A stretch of DNA of 64,000 nt from Takakia lepidozioides. Taxonomy: Eukaryota > Plantae > Bryophyta. The first letter of the stretch is position 1; every line of letters starts with the position of its first letter. The position numbers and the translations under genes were made by a program. Positions 49,096-60,394 of the stretch are shown here, one piece after another. The notes beneath the pieces are model-generated. The model saw nothing but the letters and a program-made list of their open reading frames with translations, had not been told where the DNA came from and searched no databases. Location of the stretch: NCBI GenBank assembly GCA_030704615.1, contig CM060732.1:6200001-6264000 (forward strand), in the 5' to 3' direction.

Positions 49096-50923
49096 CGACA
49101 TCCTGGAAAACGACCTGTCTCTACAGTTCGTGTGTGTGTAAGGAATCGGAGGACGTACGTGGAATTCCAATTTTTACGATTGACGACGTTGTGATCTTGG
49201 GCATATGGTTGAATGTGTATGAAATGTGTGCATTGAAGTGTGAACAACCTGACTACAAGGCCAGAACCTGCGCCACTTGTCTTAGGCCATCTCCAAATCA
49301 CGTTTGGCGGACAATCCCGTTCCGTTGCCGTGAAATTGCACCGTGGCGGGAAGGGAGTCCATTTGTGTGGCTCTATCACCATGGCGGGAAGGGGAGCATG
49401 TTAAAAATGGAGCATCGCCCTGCCACTTCACTCATTTGCTGTTTGCAGCTTCTTCCACCATCTTTCTTACTTAATTCTGATTCTTGCAATGCTGCCCTTG
49501 AGACGGCAACTGCAAGTGACCGGATCCTTTGATTGTCGCATTCAAATACACTTACGTGTAGCAGATCGCAGATCCCCAAATGCCTGGAGAGAAAGAGAAA
49601 GCCAGAGGGCAGACAATGCATGCACGGTTGTTTTGCACTAGTTGGGACGGAGTGGGGTGCAGAGGAGGCGTGTTGTGCCCGAGTTCACATGCCTAGCATC
49701 CTGCAGCCGGCGGCTTTTGCACGTTGGGCAGCAGTACCCTCTGCTGTATGATTACCATTTGTGGTACAGACTCACCGGCCTCCCCTGTCCACTTGGGTCT
49801 TGGGACAGCGACTTATGGAGTATGTAGACAGAGTTGCATGTCGCGCAGGTACACCAAAATCTCCCATGTAACATAAACCCATTTCTCATTCATGCTTGCA
49901 TGTGATCCACGGGGTAATTTCCATGTTCTCCCAGCTGATGTGGGTTCGCAAATTCTCGGTGTGTAGGTGTGTGTGTGAGGACCTCAACCTAACATGGTGC
50001 GATGGGTGTCGAATGGACCCTTCTCTGCGATGGGAGAACCACTACAGTTGAGTTTGTTTTTGCTGAATCATTTGGCAGAGCATTGTGTTCACTTCTCACA
50101 CATCATGCATTTTCTCCAAGAATGCATGTAAAGCGGAGCCATACACGGCATCATTGCAGTGTGTTTCCTTCGCCTAATTTTGAACGAAAAAAAGTTAACG
50201 GATCCATGTCAGTTGTGTGAATCACTACATCTAGTTGTCTGGAGGATTGTAAGTGGTTTAGGGTTTAACGTCTCAAAGTCGAAAAGGCCATAGTGTCGGA
50301 TGCACGACACGTGTTCATATTTGAAATCAACAACGGCCGGATCTTCACTACAGATCGGGGGGGGTGTGTGATCACACTCCCCTCCTTGTCCTTCTTTCCT
50401 CCTTTGCATGTCTTGGTCTTCCTCGCTCGTCTTTGTCTTGGTCATGGTCTATGTCCTCGCTCGTCTTCATCTTTGTCATGGTCTATGTCCACGCCTAGTA
50501 AGAAGCGCTCGACCGCCGAGGCAGCATCACCTCCTCCCACTTCTGCACATTCCAGCCCCGCGGTGCGAAGGAGCCCCCGCCTGGCTCGACTGAATCCGGT
50601 ACAGATGGCGTCGGTGCGAGAGGGAAGGCAGAGCGGTGGGCGGTCTTCGAGTTTGGATTTTGACACAAGCGAGTATAGCATGGGCGACGACGATGAGGTG
50701 GAGGACAGTTCGGAGGAAATTGCACCTCCATCTGCAGAGTCTCTCCAAAAGGTGCGCAAACGGCACAAAACTGCTGCGCATGAGGTGAGTTCTACCCCTA
50801 CTTGTTTTCTTGTTTTCTAGGCGTTGAGTTCTCCTGAAACTGAAACTGGATGCACATATCCACAAAGTTGTTCAAACGGATGTCGTAGTATATAGGGCAG
50901 TAGAAGAAGAAGTGTTTTCAGTT

Positions 50924-51980
50924 TCAATTTCCTTGCTGCGCCCTATGCAAGCTGGACATAGGCGGTCCTCCCGTTGCAGGTTTTCCCATGCCAGTCTCTA
51001 TCCGTAGGTTGTGGGAACCCACCCTGAACCGCCCCAATGCCCTCAAGAGGGAAGGAGGTAAGGGTGCTGAAAGGTAATTTGGTCTGAAGATTCTATCGGA
51101 GCACCAAGAATGTCTCTCGATAGAAGTGGAGCTTTGTTGTGAGATTGGGTAGCATCCAAGTTCTCTTGACATGTAATTCCATAAGCTCTCTCCGAATGAG
51201 TCTGTTGCGGTCATGTCTGGATGTGATGTCCACCTCATGTGGTTATTGGTAATAGGAAAGCAGTAGAAAGTCCATTACGTTTCAAATAAATTGTCCACTC
51301 GAGCATACCAAGAGTTCCCGAACCTGCAGCTTTGAGCCTCATAGATGTTGTGAGGGCCCTTGCACTAGCCCTTTGGGTGGAAGGGCTGCAATCTATGGAG
51401 AAAGATTATAACTGAACTGTGCCTCGGATTGCAATGGTACACATGCGAACTCTGCACCTAGGATCTGAGATGGAGTTGTGCTCCTGGCGCCAAGCATTGC
51501 TTGGAGAAAAGATGACTGTAATGGTTCCAAATTCTTTTCCCACCAGGAGACAGGGACACCAGGTGCCCAGAACTCACAACCATTGATGGTAGCAGGGCTG
51601 ACGACGGTGTCAAACAACCACTTTTTGGTCGGGGGATGCCGCAGATGTATTTGCTTGCATTTGGTGTGAAGGCGGACGAGGCCGCCTTACCTTTAGTCAA
51701 TCTGTCAAGGCAGTGGCTGCAAAGTGAAACTTGGGGGAGTGGATAACCAGACCTAGGTACCGGTATGATTTGACAATCTCAATTTCCTGCTGGTTGAAGA
51801 TGAATCTACGATCAGCCTGGCCATTGAAGACCATGATCTTGGTCTTGCTAAGATTGACTTGCATCCCATAGTCTTTGCAGAACTGTTCCAAAATTTTGAT
51901 ATGGCGTTGCAGAAAGACCGGGGATTGTGCCAAAAGGGCAACATCATCAGCGTAGAGGAGATGTGATTGGGCAGAAAATG
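50924..51980 (-). mobile_element. 5'-truncated LINE (RTE-X/L2/CR1-like) ORF2 fragment
   Basis: LLYADDVALL, VNLSKTKIMVF, YRYLG, FRVGSHNLRIETG. Confidence 0.88.
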
Positions 51981-52655
51981 AAGTTAGGCAGAAAACATCC
52001 CTGAACATGTTTTCAATTTGTGTCATGGGGGAGGACATCGTGGAAAAACCTTCAGGTCTACCACTGTGTGCAGAGGGACTAGTTTTTAGGTCAAGGAAAT
52101 GTTGCTTTGTCACGTCATTGCACCTACGTTGGAGTACGCATTTGCTATATGCGTTGATAACTCCAACGAGGCTAGGTCTGCAATATCCTTTCAATTGAAT
52201 TGTGTCTGCACCTGTGTTTACCAACATTGAGAGTCTTTAGGCCTTTTGGGGCTCCGTTGCTGGGCTCCGCCATACAGCCATTTGCTGATTGTGTGAATAG
52301 ATGTCCAGTGGATATGTGCAAAACCCGGATGGATGTTCTGTTTCCTGGTAAGTTTAATGTGGTAGTGATGTGAACCCGCCCACATTCTGTTTCTTCACCA
52401 ATGAATGGGCTTACATGTTATGAGGACATTCTGTCCCTCTCATTTTCAGTTTTTGGCACTTGCGCTGCAGGGGAGTGGGTTTGAGGTCAGCCAATCCATA
52501 GTTGTGGTTGTGGGATGGTTTGTGCTCTGGTGACGTTGTGTTCAGTAGGACTACAGCTGATGCACCTTGTGTGTGGGATGTTTTTGGCAGCGGAAGGGGA
52601 GTGAAGCTGCAGCAAAGCACTCACAGCCACCACACAATGCCAACCAACACCAACC

Positions 52656-53670
52656 TTGGCACCCACCCCCTGCCGGATGGTCTCCACAACAGAGTGCACC
52701 ATGGGGAGCCCCCTGCTTCGGGGTCATGGCGATGGCTTCCTGATGTTGCCACGTCACAATGGGGGCCTCCACATCTCCATACGGCCCCTCCCCCTCCGGC
52801 ACACATCAGTCACCCCCACAACGTATGACGGCGCTGCTCCAGAGCATGGGGGCAGGAAACGGACATCAGAGCTGAGGAAGGAACAACGTCATGCCATGAA
52901 ACAATGGGAAGGAGATGGAGAGGGAAGGGTGGCTGCAGGGCTAAAGCGCCAGAAGGTGGAGGTGCATGGAAATGGAGTCATCAATGCTGGCTGCGACGGT
53001 AAGGAACACTGGCAGCGTGATTTGCGTGGCCTGGCATTGCGTTACCTTGACTCAAGCGTACAAGACATTGACCAGCAGTCCCAGAGTGCCATGTCAATAG
53101 TAATAGAGGGCATAAATGGAATGTACGAGTACACACCTATCCCTGCCAATCGTGATTTTATAGTGAAGCAATGTGGGAAGATAATGAAAGGAGAAAGAGC
53201 AAAACTGAAAGATAAATGGGCGAAGACAGGTGTGAGGCCAATGAACACTGAACCCGCCTATTGGGATAAGCTTGTTGCCTACTGGGAGTCCCCTCGTGGA
53301 CTTGCAAAGGCTGAAGGGATGAAGCAAGCGTGCTTGTGTCACGAACCCCTCGCGTTGGGGCCGGGCAGGAGTTGCAGGCCAAGCAGCCCGTTTGGTAATC
53401 TCCCTCACCCCCTTCTCATTGCTCTTATGTTGTGGCATGTTCTGATGGAAGAGACACCCACGAGTGGGTTTTATTGCTTGTGCAGAATTAGTTGTTATGT
53501 GATATGCAGGGCAGTGCTTTGTCCATATGCTCCTGGCATTTGTACTAACAGTGTGTGGATGGGCAAATACAAGAAAAGACGCAAAGCGCGGAGCCCGTCA
53601 CTGTCCGAGCTTGGGGCGGAGTGCAAGAACGTTGCGACTGGCACCCCATCAGAGTCTGTTTTGAGCCAGG
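52656..53670 (+). pseudogene. CACTA TnpA-like (Transposase_24-like) 5' exons
   Basis: MKGERAKLKDKW...P...EPAYWDKLVAYWESP...KAE. Confidence 0.65.
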
Positions 53671-53817
53671 TATGTTTTGAAGTCCGGTTTCCATTCATGA
53701 AGTAGGCTGCATCACTACAGTGTGCTTGAAAGGACACACACTCTGCATGTGGCATGCATGTACAGCACGGTGTTGGTCAGGGGGACTGAGTTGCAGCTTC
53801 TATTTGGTTTCTGCCAG

Positions 53818-54700
53818 AAAGTACGCAGCAGAGAAGGTCCGCCTGAAAACGGAACGGAGTGCATTTGCAAAAGCATGGCGGAGGGGCGGTCGTAGGCGCA
53901 GATCCCCGGTGGAGTACCCCACAACAATGGAGGAGCTGCAGCCCTTTACAGTGTGGGTCAGATCTGCAATTGCAGTGTACGCATCAGAGAACGAGGACCC
54001 AGATGAGGGCATGGTGAGTCTGTCATTCCCCCCAGGGCTGATTGCCACTTCGTACCGGTCAATGAAAGCATATGGCAATCACTATAGAGTGGACGATGCC
54101 AACACCAGCCTCCTGGTGACTTATGACAGCGGAGTGGCATCATTTTTTGAACAAGAGAGTAGGAGCTATGCACGAGATCAGAATCCAATTTCATGCCATG
54201 TGCAATATGTAGGAGTGATCAAAGAGATCCTTAAACTAGACTATGGTCTTGTGAAGCCAATTCTATTCTGTTGTTCTTGGGTAAAGCCAATATGGTAGGA
54301 GAGAATGCCACCATGAAACGGGATGAGTACGGGTTCCTCCTTGCTGATTTCAGAAAAATGCTACCACAAGATGAAGAGCCATTCATCTTCCCATCGCAAG
54401 TTGAGCAAGTTTTCTTTTCAGATGACACCCATGCGCCAGGATGGAAGGTGGTTCTTCACAAGGACCCCTGGGCCAAACGAGTCGTGGCCGACGTCCATGA
54501 TTTGGACCGGGGAGAATGCCGACCACGAGGGTCTGAGGGAACCACGAAATCTACCAGATACGGCCGAACCAGTCTCTTTGGAAGGAGCAGTTACCTTTAA
54601 TGAGGAAGACATTCCAGGGTTGGTAATTACCGCAAGGCAAATTGCAGATGTGGGTAGTGAAGGGGAAGATTATTTGGATATAGATAGTGAGCCCAGCTGA
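53818..54700 (+). pseudogene. CACTA TnpD C-terminal segment (DUF4216)
   Basis: TYDSGV, YVGVIKEILKLDY, LFCCSWV, DEYGF, DEEPFIFPSQVEQVFF..D..GWKVVL. Confidence 0.9.
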
Positions 54701-55524
54701 ATCTCAGTGTCCATTAAGCAAGCAGCTCATAGACGAGAGCTATGCTAAGGACTCTTACTGTCCTTAGAACCCATTTGTACAGTCCTGCAAGCGCGCAAGG
54801 GCGAGACAGTTAATAGTATCGATGATGTCCCGGTATGTGGTCCGTACTGTCTTGTGAACAAATTTTTTTTTGTTCTGCCAATATTGTTTCTGACATGTGA
54901 GGAGAGGATCGTCTTCATGTACGGGAAGTAGACGTGAATGTGTGCATGCATTTTCTGGCCCAGCTGCGTGCTTTCCAGGAAAAAGACCAGTGGAATGGGG
55001 GGTGTCTCCAAAGGAGCAGGACCGAACGACACCTTTTTGTGCTTCCCTTGCTTTCCTTCTCACCGTTGTTGCATTCTCCCACCTGCCCAACAGCAGCACT
55101 CTCGAAGCGATAACATGACATGTTGCAACATGGTCTTCTTCACCAGCGAATGAGCTTTTTGCTACATGTACTGCCACGTCCACATTAACGTTGATCCCTG
55201 CAAGCACTTGGCAAGACGCCCCAGAGCCGCAAATCCAGCAACCACCACAAACACATCTAACTGATTGTAGTGACACGAGAATAGCTCACTTGTAGAGGAA
55301 TTGAACCTCCAGCCAAATGAATGGCTCTGCCCCTTGTAGCACAAGTGCGATGCAAAAACAAGGTGAGTACAAAATGAAGAAGCACTTACGAGGTCCCCAT
55401 CCCTCGGATGGGCTCCCACTTGTGCTCTGGAACTGTGCAGGCCTGACTAGCACCAAATTGCATGAATCCTAAGCCTGAATGTCAAATGCAGGTTTATGTC
55501 GCGATGCAGCACGCCATCATCTAA

Positions 55525-56397
55525 CTTGTAGTTTCCAATTTCACTGGTGTCACAACTGCCTTCAAGTCAACATCAAAATTAAGTCCACCTATGCGCAAAT
55601 CGCAGAATGTCTCATGACACCATCTGCCGCCGCTGGTTTGGCATGATATGATTGTAGTTCACAACCTTAATGAACGCTTTCAGCCTTGACCTCTTTGCGA
55701 TCTTCTTCTGTGACTGCTTCTTCATAATTTATGAAAGGGAAAAGCAGCTATACATCAAATTCTTGCAAGTACAGGGGGGTACTGAGGCCTCATTGGGAGA
55801 AAGAGTGCCATAAACACAGACACATCCTTAAATGTAAAAATTGGAGAAGCGAACGTCTGGTGGCAATAACTGCCTAAACCAGAATTATACTCCATTCCAG
55901 CGCACATGTAAATGGTCGGATGATAACTCGGAATCCCAGTTGGAGATAATGAGACGAATACATGACTATCTTGCGAGTTTCAACTTTCTTGGAGGTAGTT
56001 TCCAGTTTCTCTGGTGTCACAACTACCTTCAAGCTGGGTTTAGAGGAATTAAGTCCCACTCGCAGATGCAGAATGTCTCCCTCATCTGCGTGGGCGAAAT
56101 GGGGTTTGGCATGATATGATTGTAGTTCACAACCAAAGGGCATATTCTTCAGCCTTGACGTCTTTGCGATCTTCTTCTGTGACGCCTTCTGCATAACTTG
56201 TGAAATGGAAAAGCAGCTACACATCAAATTATTGCGATGCCACTCAATGGCACTATGAACGTTTCGAGCATGCTGTCAGAAAAGTAGACGGGCAAAAAAC
56301 CCAATTCAGCAGCCTCACCTTGCGTGGATACTTGGGAATTGATGCTAGAAGGGCATGCCCGTATGCGCGCTCCATCGTGCCTCCATCCAGCACATTC
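55525..56397 (-). pseudogene. RPL27: Captured, duplicated fragments of 60S ribosomal protein L27 (eL27) with introns
   Basis: DGGTMERAYGHALLASIPKYPRK|gtgag (56397-56319); KKIAKRSRLKAFIKVVNYNHIMP and DVDLKAVVTP (55730-55525), repeated in diverged form at 56200-55970. Confidence 0.85.
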
Positions 56398-57012
56398 TGT
56401 AAATGATGAATGATCAAGACCCCGATGTCACACCGTTATGAGAAGCCACTACGCGCGCTCACAGTATACGAAGGTCTTGCCGTGTCAGGATTTCCATTCC
56501 CACGTCCCGCCATGTCCGACGCAGCACTTGCATCCTTGTCTCTGCCACGTGGAGGCAGCACGTATTAAAATATCTATTCCCCCAAGGCCACATTTTGTTT
56601 ACCTCTTTTTGTGAAAGCCACGTCAGCAAATGTGCTGCCGAGTCATGGGTGCAATGAATGCGCAGTGGTTCATGGAGTCGTTGAGTCGACTACATATTCA
56701 CTTTAATGAATAAATATATTTATTCCATTAATCGAATTAGGAAAGAAAATTTGTAGTCGCATGTGCAGTAATTACAACCACTTGTAATTTTGGCTTTTTC
56801 AAATTTTATGTATTTACGCAATTCGTAAAATAGCCCGGAATTCTGCTACGACTCCGGAGTCGTTGACCTCCACTTCTGTCCGCCGTCTGAAATGCCCCCG
56901 TGGGCCCACATTGTCTGTTTGACTCTCCAGTAGTCCCGTTTACTACAAGTGGTTTCCCGGAGTGGTTCGCGGACATGCAGTCGAATCGGAAAAGACACGA
57001 ATGCTTCTAGTG

Positions 57013-57309
57013 CTTCTGTCTCGCCTGTTCTTTTGCCCTCTCTTTTGCCCTCTCACGGGCTTTCTGTTTCTTACTAGGGCTAGCAGCAAGGGAGCCCGGA
57101 TGGACGACCACCTTTGATTGAGGTGAACTGACACCCTCGCGCGCACTGCTCACTCCCCCCTCCGCAGCCCGTGACGGCTCTCTCGCCGGGGATTGCATGT
57201 GCTTAGCTTTCTTCTTCTTCTTTGCGTGGGCGGGCCCTACTGCATGTGCATCAACAACCTCCATTGCCGGATCTGCTGTCCTCACGTCCTCACGCCCTTC
57301 ACCTGCCAT
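57013..57309 (-). pseudogene. 5' low-complexity exon of the MULE ParB-MTase gene
   Basis: Joins 42370 in frame after removing the CACTA element and one TSD; contains an NLS-like KKKKK. Confidence 0.7.
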
Positions 57310-58419
57310 GCCGCCTGCACCAACCTCCCCAATGCCTATTCTGTCGTACTCTCGCTGCAGGTCCTCCCGTCACCAACAAAGGTTTAAGTTTGCCCTCTCG
57401 CCCCAAGTTGGGCGATTCAAACATGCGATGAGTTGGAGCTGTCGATGATACCACCAGCGTGCCGGGCTCGTTGTCACTCTGTCATTCCCAAAAATCGTGA
57501 GAACCAACATCGGTGCCAAAACCAGCATCGCAACGAGCAGCGCAACCACCATAGCAACAATCGTGAAACAACAATGAAAACAAAACAAGTTTAGGAAGTA
57601 TTGAGTGCCATGGAAAACAATGAAAACAAATCCAACCAATGCCTAAGAATGACATGCACAAGCAGCCTTCTCCAGAGCTGCCGGCTTTGCACACGCATTG
57701 CAAACTATCTAAGGTTCATTCAACCGGTAATATGAAACACGATGAACAAATGATCAGGAATTCCATAAGACGAGAAAACAGGGTGAAATGTTTTGAAGGC
57801 ACTTCATCTTCTCAACTCAACATGGATTTCCTTAATTTTTAACCACTCAGACCTTGATCATTCTTCGCAACAGCTGCTGCTTTTGCGATGCAGCCATACG
57901 CTTCCAGCGATGCCAGGATGAAGATGCAAAAACAAAGCGAACCAACAAAGCGAAAGCGAACAAAACGAAAGCAGAAGTGGCTTGCCTGAGAGTACTCGGC
58001 TTCAGTTGGCGCGGGTTGTGAGCAAGACACTGGAATCTCCTGTTGGAGCTTAAGTTTGGCCATGCGAGATTGGCCGTCGTCCGTAGTACAAAGCTTTCAA
58101 CTTCCGCCGCGGTCTGGATGTGAAGTCTCTCTCAGGAGAGCCACGCCCTTCAGGCGGCATAAGTCCCAGCCAAAATGGAAAAAGATCTCAGTTTTTTGGG
58201 GTACATGCCTCGAATAGAAGTTAATCCAAGATTAGCATCAGATTTAGGGTACGTATTGAGGAAGCCATGTGTCGCCAGCCCGAATAAAAAACGGACGGCG
58301 GTGGACATTTAATGCCCAACTACGCAATTAAATGTCGGATGAAGCCCTCCCTGTCGGATGAAATATGACGCAACTCGGCCTAGAATTTCCAACGTAGAGG
58401 TAATTCAGAGCGCAGCAGA

Positions 58420-59000
58420 ATAGAATTCCGGCGCCGGATGTCCATCCTGCAGGTAATTCGGAGCGCGGATGGATGGAAATCCGGCGCCGGATTTCCATCC
58501 GCCAGGTACGGCGGCACGCAAAATTTCCATCATGCAGGTAATTCGGAGCGCAGCAGGATGGAAATCCGGCGCCGGATTTCCATCCTGCCAGGTAGGGCGG
58601 CGCGCAAAATTTCCGCCACGCAGGTAATTCGGAGCCGGATGGATGGAAATCCGGCGCCGGATTTCCATCCTGCCAGGTAGGGCGGCGCGCGAAATTTCCG
58701 CCATGCAGGTAATTCGGAGCCGGATGGATGGAAATCCGGCGCCGGATTTCCATCCTGCCAGGTAGGGCGGCGCGCGAAATTTCCGCCACGCAGGTAATTC
58801 GGAGCAGATGGATGGAAATCCGGCGCCGATTTCCATCCGCCAGGTTGGTCGGAGAGCGGATGGATGGAAATTCGGCGCCGAATTTCCATCCTGCAGGTAA
58901 TTCGAAGCCGGATGGATGGAAATCCGGCGCCGAATTTCCATCCATCAGGTAATCGGATCGCTGGCGGATGGAAATTCGGCGCCGAATTTCCATTCGCCAA
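58420..59000. repeat. Tandem array of about 85-bp units each containing a 30-bp perfect palindrome
   Basis: GGATGGAAATCCGGCGCCGGATTTCCATCC at 58471-58500, 58641-58670 and others; CAGGTAATTC recurs at about 58450, 58536, 58621, 58706 and 58791. Confidence 0.95.
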
Positions 59001-59149
59001 GTAAGTCGAAGCGCTGAATTACCTTCCTGCAGGTAGTTCTGAGCGTGGCCGCTTCGTTTTTCGGATAAAAACAAACTAAACTGTTAGTTTTGTGGCTGAA
59101 GTCCACTTTTAGACACGTTTTTCATGGAATCCTTGACTGTTAGAGGGAA

Positions 59150-60260
59150 ATCCGAACGGCCTCGACGGAAATTCGGCGCCGTTTTTCCATCCTGGGAGGT
59201 TTTTATATCGTCCAGTTTTGGGCCTCACCACCCGACCGGACTTCCTTTGAGGGCCTGGATGGAAATTCGGCGGCGAATTTCCATCCGGGGGATGGTCTCT
59301 GTCGGACAGGTGCCGGCCTCTCGCCCGAGGCGACTTCTCCGGGCGTCCCTGTTGGATATTCGGTGCCGAATTTCCGTCCGGGGTTGAAATGTGACGGCCA
59401 GGTGCCGCCTCTCCCCCTCCCCGACTGCATCCGAACCGGCCCGCACGGAAATTCGGCGCCGTTTTTCCATCCTGGGAGGTTTTTATATCGTCCAGTTTTG
59501 GGCCTCACCACCGACCGGACTTCCTTTGAGGGGCCCGGATGGAAATTCGCGCGAATTTCCATCCGGGGGATGGTCTCTGTCGGACAGGTGCCGGCCTCTC
59601 CGCCCGAGGCGACTTCATCCGGGCGTCCCCTGTTGGATATTCGGTGCCGAATTTCCGTCCGGGGGTTGAAATGTGACGGCCAGGTGCCGGCCTCTCCCCC
59701 CTCCCCGACTGCATCCGAACGGCCCCGATGGAAATTCGGCGCCGTTTTCCCATCTGGGGAGGTTTTTATGTCGGCCAGTTTTCGGCCTGCCCCCCGACAC
59801 GACTTCCTTTGGGGGCCCGGATGGAAATTCGGCGCCGAATCTCCATCCAGGGAATGCTCTCTGTCGAACACGCGCCGGCCTCTACGCCGAGGCGACTTCA
59901 TCCGGGCTTCCCTGTTGGATATTCGGTGCCGAATTTCCGTCCGGGGGTTGTAATGTGAGGGCCAGGTGGCGGCCTTTCCCCCGAGCCGACTGCATCCGAA
60001 CGGCCTCGGATGGAAATTCGGCGCCGTTTTTCCATCCGGGGAGGTTTTTATGTCGGCCAGTTTTCGGCCTGACCCCCGACACGACTTCCTTTGGGGGGAT
60101 CCGAATGGAAATTCGGCGCTGATTCCATCCGGGGGTTGTTCTCTGTCGGACAGGTTCCGGCCTCTCTGCCCGAGGCGACTTCATACGTGCGGCCCTTGCT
60201 GGATATTCGGTGCCGAATTTTCATCCGGGGGTAGTAATGTGACGGCACGGTGCCGGCTTC
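59150..60260. repeat. Tandem array, about 4 units of about 282 bp, three GG(C/T)GCC palindrome variants per unit
   Basis: GGAAATTCGGCGCCGTTTT recurs at about 59167, 59447, 59730 and 60012. Confidence 0.93.
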
Positions 60261-60394
60261 TCCCTTCAGCCGACATCATCCGGACGGCCCCCCACTTTCT
60301 GACTGCATACCGTTGGCAGTTATTGCGCAAAGACCAGGGGCCGCATTCCTGAGACAAGGTTCATTAACACTCTGACTGTGGATTTTTGAGATAG

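Larger units (their letters stand above)
42371..57012. mobile_element. CACTA (En/Spm) DNA transposon, 14642 bp, internally rearranged
   Basis: Perfect 19-bp TIR CACTAGAAGCATTCGTGTC (42371-42389 / 56994-57012); 3-bp TSD CTT; TnpD and TnpA-like segments inside. Confidence 0.97.

Noticed and set aside
58420-60260. CRISPR-like array (palindromic repeats with regular spacing), also 38960-40215
   Set aside because: The spacers are themselves repeated rather than unique, there are no cas genes, and the context is a eukaryotic TE.
58328-60352. ORFs with MEIRRRISI / WKFGAEFP / GNSAPNFH repeats (also 1141-1561 and 38931-39290)
   Set aside because: They are translations of the palindromic DNA arrays, open in many frames on both strands.
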